Assembly (NCBI GenBank): GCA_977017645.1
Contig: OZ360219.1
Location: forward strand, 275,156,001 to 275,220,000
Direction of reading: 5' to 3'
Origin: Torpedo marmorata
Taxonomy: Eukaryota
Length of the DNA: 64,000 nt
Shown: in pieces, positions 58,766 to 64,000 of the stretch
Position numbering within the stretch: position 1 is the stretch's first letter
Layout: each line of letters starts with the position of its first letter
The notes under the pieces: model-generated
Told to the model about the DNA's origin: nothing
The model's database searches: none
The model's input: the letters and a program-made list of their open reading frames with translations, nothing else
Position numbers and translations under genes: made by a program

Positions 58766-60769
58766 ACAGAGCCAAAGTGCTCAACTCTTAATGTTTTTTT
58801 CTATCATAGCTGTCATCTCAAGGACTTTCATTGTAAAGTAAATGCTGGCAACATTTCTGGGGATATTGCCTTAGAAGAGCTGCTAAGCTTGATGCCTCAT
58901 AAATCCTTGTGCAATAAACACTGAATCATCCTGAAATATGTCTCAGTTTTGCTCTCTAACAACCACCTTCAGTTTCACAGAAAATTAACAGAAAATAAAG
59001 CCTTATTGAAGTTTAATTATAATTGGTTTAAATCCTTTTCCTTCCACCTGCCCCCCCCCCTCAGCCTATGGAGGTGGCAACTTAGGTTGGGTACAGCTCC
59101 ACAGCTCTCGGGCTTTCTTCAACAGTACGTATAAACATGTAGTGGGAGGAGATATTTTGTCACTATCACAACATGGTGTATTTATCCATTCAACTGTCAA
59201 AGAAGATTGAGTTATAAAAGGCAATCCTGATCACAAGTGGGATCAAGTTTATAATGTCAAAGGAAGGAGTGGCTGCTAAGTGAAATTGTCAGTTAAATTT
59301 GAATGAACCTTAACTCCCCTTTCATTACATATTTCATTTACTCTCTATATTTATAGCCCACATGACTGCTGTACATGTTGTCCTCTGGTTATTACTAATA
59401 TGGTCTAAAATGGCTCAATAACTTTATCTGAATCCAATCGAAATTATTGCATTAAACCAAGTTTTAGATGTTCTAGCATTTTAGATAATACATTATAATG
59501 TTTAAAAACTGAGTGGAGTGATTGAAATAGATTGAAATAAACAGGCCTCATATTTATAAGTAATGTTTCACAAAACTTAACATTTTGAAATAGAAACAGA
59601 ATGCATAAATGATCAGTTAACACTGGAAAGAGAGGAGTGGTTTATTGTTTCAGCCCAACCTTTAATAATTGCAAATGTTACTTAATTATCGTAAATGAAT
59701 TGTGAAGTAAGATTCATCTGCTGTGATTATTTTTTTCTGAATATCATGATCAATTTTTCCTGAACCACTTGATTTTTTTTTACTTTGAATAAATTTTCAA
59801 TATACTGGCTTTTTTTTCCTCATAACACTGTTATAATATCAGTACAAAGAAAATTACCACATGCAATTCTCACGCTGAAATGTTAGAGACGTACTGGAGT
59901 AGTCCCAGGTGTATATTGATTGTGCAAAATGACAAGTACCTTGGAGAAAATTACAGGAATATAAACCTAAACTTTGGGATTCAGGTGACTTGTAAATTGC
60001 TTGAGCTCTGTTCTTCATGGCTTATAATTTTGTCTGAGTCCCCCGGTGATGTTAGACTGCCTTGTAACTTTCTCCCACGTGGCTACTATTCTGTATTATA
60101 GATTTCTTGAATCGTACAAATCAGCCACTTAGCAATAAAAGGGAAACAATGTGCTGTAAATCAAAATCTAAATCATGTGTTGGTCTTAGTTGGGTTATTT
60201 TCCACAAATATCTCCTGTATATTAATTGTTAAACTGACCTCTTGGGCCCAAGAAGCTGCAGCTTTATCCCAAGGTATCAAGAAAAAATTACTACAACTGC
60301 TTGAAAGCTAAGCTTAAGGTAGAATTAATTCTGTATGCATCCTCATTAACCACAAATTCTGCAGTGACTAAAACTATTACTGCAATTTGTTACTGGGTTT
60401 AAAATAAATACTATTTTTGAAGATCTTCCTTTGGATTTTTTCTGAAAAGTTATCTGTTATAAGTTCTTTTAAACTGTAAAAATGTCCTTCTAACAAGAGA
60501 GGTTTACAGTATATTTCCTTTCTTTTTCACCCTCCTTGCCAATTTCCTACTTGTACTCGCAGTAGTGTGATTCACACTTAGGCATATTTGTGTGGCCTCC
60601 AGTCGCTGGCTAACACACAGGCATTCATGCGTATGCCTTACTAAAAGTCAGTGGCTTCCTGTATAATGGGATATGGGAAAGGTCTTAAAGCCAATCTTTA
60701 CCCTGGTTTCATTTTCTTTCCACATTTGCAAACTTTCCATCAGAAATCACGAGATAGAAGTATGGGTAC

Positions 60770-61385
60770 GGTATGGCCTTCTCTACATCAGAGAGACTGG
60801 ACGCAGACTGAGAGATTGCATCGCTGAGCACTTTCACTCTGTCCACATCAGTGACAGGGATCACCCAGTGGCCAACCATTTCAATTCTGCACCCACTCCT
60901 ATGCTGACCTGTCTGTCCATGTCCTCATGTACTGTCAAACCAAGACCTCCTGTAAATTGGAGGAGCAACACCTAATTTTCTGTCTGGGCACTCTCCAACC
61001 AGATGGCATTAACTGACTTCTCCAGTTTCTGCTAGCCTACTCCCCATTCTCCCTCGCTTCCCCATCCCTCTGTCTTCTTTCCTCCAGTTCTCCACCCCAT
61101 TCCCTCTCCATTCACAGAGCCATCCCCCCTCCCCTTGTTTGCTGGTGTGCCCTCCCTCCCTTATCCACCTATTACTTTCTGACTGTGGGATTGTGCCCCC
61201 CTCCCCCACCATTTTGTTTGGGTGCCTGCCTACATTTTGCTCATACCTTGATGAAGGACTCAAGCCCAAAACGTTGATTATGTATCTTTATCTTTGCTAT
61301 ATAAAGTATACTGTTTGACCTGCTGAATTTCTCCAGCATTGTGTTTTTACTTTAATAACGGTGTCTGCAGACTTTCGTGTTTAAC
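60770..61385 (+). mobile_element. Penelope-like element 3' relic with GIY-YIG endonuclease
   Basis: LLYIRETGRRLRDCIAEH...HPVANHFNS (YIGET.R.L..R..EH motif), followed by a pyrimidine tract and terminal repeat. Confidence 0.8.
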
Positions 61386-62635
61386 TACGGTATGGACAAA
61401 TATGGTATCCCTGCTACAAAAACAATCTTCAATTATATTTAATAATACCTGTATTATTATAAAGTAGTTTGCAATTAGTCATCATACCAGAACTGCAGTA
61501 CGGTAGTTGTCCAAAAATGCAGTGCACAAGAGATAGGATTGGATATGGGAAAGGTGCTTCAGAGCGAGGAGCAAAATGACTGAAAGTCCATGACTAATAA
61601 AGGAACAGGGAGGGTAGTGCAGTCTGGGACCAAGGCTAAGATCAAGCACAAGAGTTTCAGATCAACCAAAAGTATTGAGCAGCGCAAGCAACAAACTGAG
61701 CCATGGGATGGACAGAAGCTTAATTGAGATTAATGGCTATTGATAAAAACAGGTTCCTCAGATGCCATGGATGTGCTTTAATTGACATGGATGCTGAAGT
61801 TTAGGTGGACCATGTGTATTTATTTCTTTGCTTGAATTTTTAAGTCAGTAATTTAAAAAAATATATATTTAAATTTAAGTCAGTAAAAGCTTTGAAGTAA
61901 CTGAAAATTGCGGAAGTCCTTCCAAAGTATGACGTTTGGATTATAATTCACAAGCAACAAGCATTGAGCAAATTGGTGTGTACATTTCCGAAAGACCACT
62001 ACAACAATTTGAAGGAGGCCTTTACCATCCAGAGCTGAAGTGCGATTTACTTAACATTTTAATTAATTTATATAGTTGTGTTTAACCACAATACATATCT
62101 TAAAACTGGTGATGATTTGAAGCTCCCTAATGCTGGAATGGCGATAAGGCCAAGAATAATAAAAAGAAATTCAAGAAAGAAACAACAATAATGAGACCAT
62201 AGTGGAAACTCTATCAGCCACATACATATAGATGTATGAATGAAATGAACCCAAGTTACTAGACACACCCAATTTGTCAGACAGTCTGTTAACCTGCAGT
62301 TTAGCACTTTTTTTATTCCAAGAACAGAAAACTAAATGAAAGACGTGAGTGTTACTTGCTTCTCCACCTGTCTGCAGATGCTTTTGACATGTTTAGATTA
62401 GTTCTACGCACCCAGAAATTTCAGCAGACTTTGTCGAGTTTTATAAGTTCAACATTTCCAACAAATCTCCTTAAATTGAAAACCTATGGTGAAAGGTCAA
62501 GCCAAATAATTCCACTGTGGATTAGAGAGGTAAAACATGAAAGTAGGTTAAATTACGAAGCAACAAATAGTTGTTGAGAAAGAAAAGACATTTTGTTAAT
62601 AATCTCTTATGGCCTCAGAAATGTAAAAATACATT

Positions 62636-62847
62636 AATTTTTAATTTTTAGACATACAGTACGGTAACAGGCCATTTTGGCCCACGAGTCCGTGCTGCCC
62701 AATTTACACCCCATTAACCTACACCCCAGGTACATTTTGAACGGTGGGAGGAAACTCCTTACAGACAGCGTGGAATTCGAACCCCGGTCCGGTCCTGATA
62801 GCTGGCGCTGTAAAGGCGTTACGCTAACCGCTACGCCAACCGTGCCA
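62636..62847 (-). mobile_element. V-SINE with internal deletion
   Basis: Matches 32954-33214 with part of the V-domain deleted. Confidence 0.82.
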
Positions 62848-63361
62848 ATTTTGTGCAGTGAATTTTAAAAAGTACAACTGCAGTAAATCAGAGAGTTACA
62901 CTGATGGATTTAAATAAGGAAATATGGGGAAGTCTTGTACAGAACATTACTACCAGAAGGAAATGATTGGGCAGAATGGGTTATGTCTGCACTATATATG
63001 GATTCAGTGCTTAGATGTCCAAAAGGTGAGTGCAGCATCCACTTCGAAAGCTCTTTTGGATATCTTGGTGATGTTGGAAAGAAAACATGATTACAAGATT
63101 CTTCCTTTTTCTTGCTAGCAACCATCATATAGTAGATGTAGCTGGGTATATGTTAACAAATAAATGAATAAATGGGCCTTGAATAAACGTTTTAAAGATG
63201 ACAAAGAAAGGAAGAAGAATGGTATTAATTACATACCTTGCAATGAGATGACTGCTTGAATTCAAGATTTAGAAAGAATTAAACAGGGGTGGAACCGTAC
63301 AAGTAAAGTGCATTCCGTTAAACGAAAAAGCAAATGCATCAAAGGCCAGGAACTTTAGTAC

Positions 63362-63595
63362 TGTGGTAAACCACTGTAAATACCTGTATATATGTTTATG
63401 GTCATCTGGACACGCCCCTTACTGGCTGTACCTGTGGCTCCTCCCACAGACCCCTGAATAAAGGCTATTGTGCCACAGCTCCCTCCCCAGTCCAGCACAG
63501 ACGACCACCAGGAGTGTGCATCCATTCCAATGTGAATAAAAGCCTATCAGTTCTTGCCTAACTTCTAGTCTTTCGGAGTTATTGATGGTGCATCA
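63362..63595 (+). repeat. Probable 5' LTR of a Gypsy-type retrotransposon
   Basis: TG...CA termini, TATA-like and AATAAA motifs, followed by a gag ORF. The partner LTR is outside the window, so boundaries are inferred. Confidence 0.7.
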
Positions 63596-63619
63596 ATTTT
63601 ATTCACATTGTTTTCGATA

Positions 63620-64000
63620 ATGGATCAGTACCTGAAACCTGAAAAGTTGGAGCTAGACCCTCAATCTCCCGAGGCATCCAACGTTTTCGAACACTGGCTG
63701 CGTTGTTTCGAGGCATTCTTGAGGGCCTCCGCTGCTGTCATTCAATCTGAGGACGACAAACTACAATTGCTACATTCCCGGGTCAGGCCCCGGGTGTACT
63801 CGATGATCAGGGACGCTGAATCATACCGGGAGGCCATGGACACGCTGAAAGGCCAGTACCTGAAGAAGGTAAACGAAGTCTATGCGAGACATCTCCTGGC
63901 TACTCGAAAACAGCGACCTGGGGAGTCGAGTGATGAGTACCTATGAGCCCTGCGAACCCTCGGATGGGCCTGCAACTGCAAGGCTGTTACGGCCGCGACG
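63620..64000 (+). pseudogene. Gypsy gag N-terminus, premature stop at 63944-63946, runs off the window
   Basis: MDQYLKPEKLELDP...FEHWLRCFE...YARHLLATRKQRPGESSDEYL*ALRTL..CNC (Q..GES gag motif); the TGA is probably a decayed CGA. Confidence 0.8.

Noticed and set aside
1-64000. Prokaryotic systems (CRISPR arrays, operons, defence islands)
   Set aside because: The sequence is vertebrate intronic DNA with SINEs/LINEs; there are no regularly spaced repeat-spacer arrays or gene-dense tracts.
1-64000. Other TCF4 coding exons (KKVRKVPPGLPSS exon, VYAPSAST exon, bHLH exons)
   Set aside because: Searched by eye and not found; presumably outside the window, though a short diverged exon could have been missed.

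Overview
AT-rich vertebrate nuclear DNA. The repeat content (V-SINEs, CR1, Rex1-like LINEs, Penelope relics) suggests a cartilaginous fish, probably a ray; this is an inference. The only host exon I recognise is the alternative first coding exon of TCF4 (E2-2, TCF4-A isoform; MYCAYTIPGMGGNSLMYYYNGKA followed by GTAAGT) at 43676-43744 (+). I found no other TCF4 exon, so the window is probably one large TCF4 intron containing this internal promoter, which sits in a ~13 kb transposon-poor, enhancer-like zone. The rest is a layered transposable-element landscape: a young Gmr1-type Gypsy element (PR-IN-RT-RH order, RT deleted, nested L1), a near-intact DD35D pogo (Passer-like) transposon, several MITEs, a 5S-derived SINE and the start of a second Gypsy element. 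The most notable observations are: (1) a TA-flanked pogo-type non-autonomous transposon carrying what looks like the first coding exon of DONSON, splice donor included, inserted in sense 3.7 kb downstream of the TCF4-A exon; (2) a Gypsy 5' LTR with no tRNA primer site, where that position is instead a perfect 14-nt complement of the LTR poly(A) signal; (3) a MITE closely resembling the eutherian MER47A/Tigger5; (4) other MITEs carrying SINE or promoter-like cargo. Protein and repeat-family assignments come from my recall of known sequences, not from database searches.
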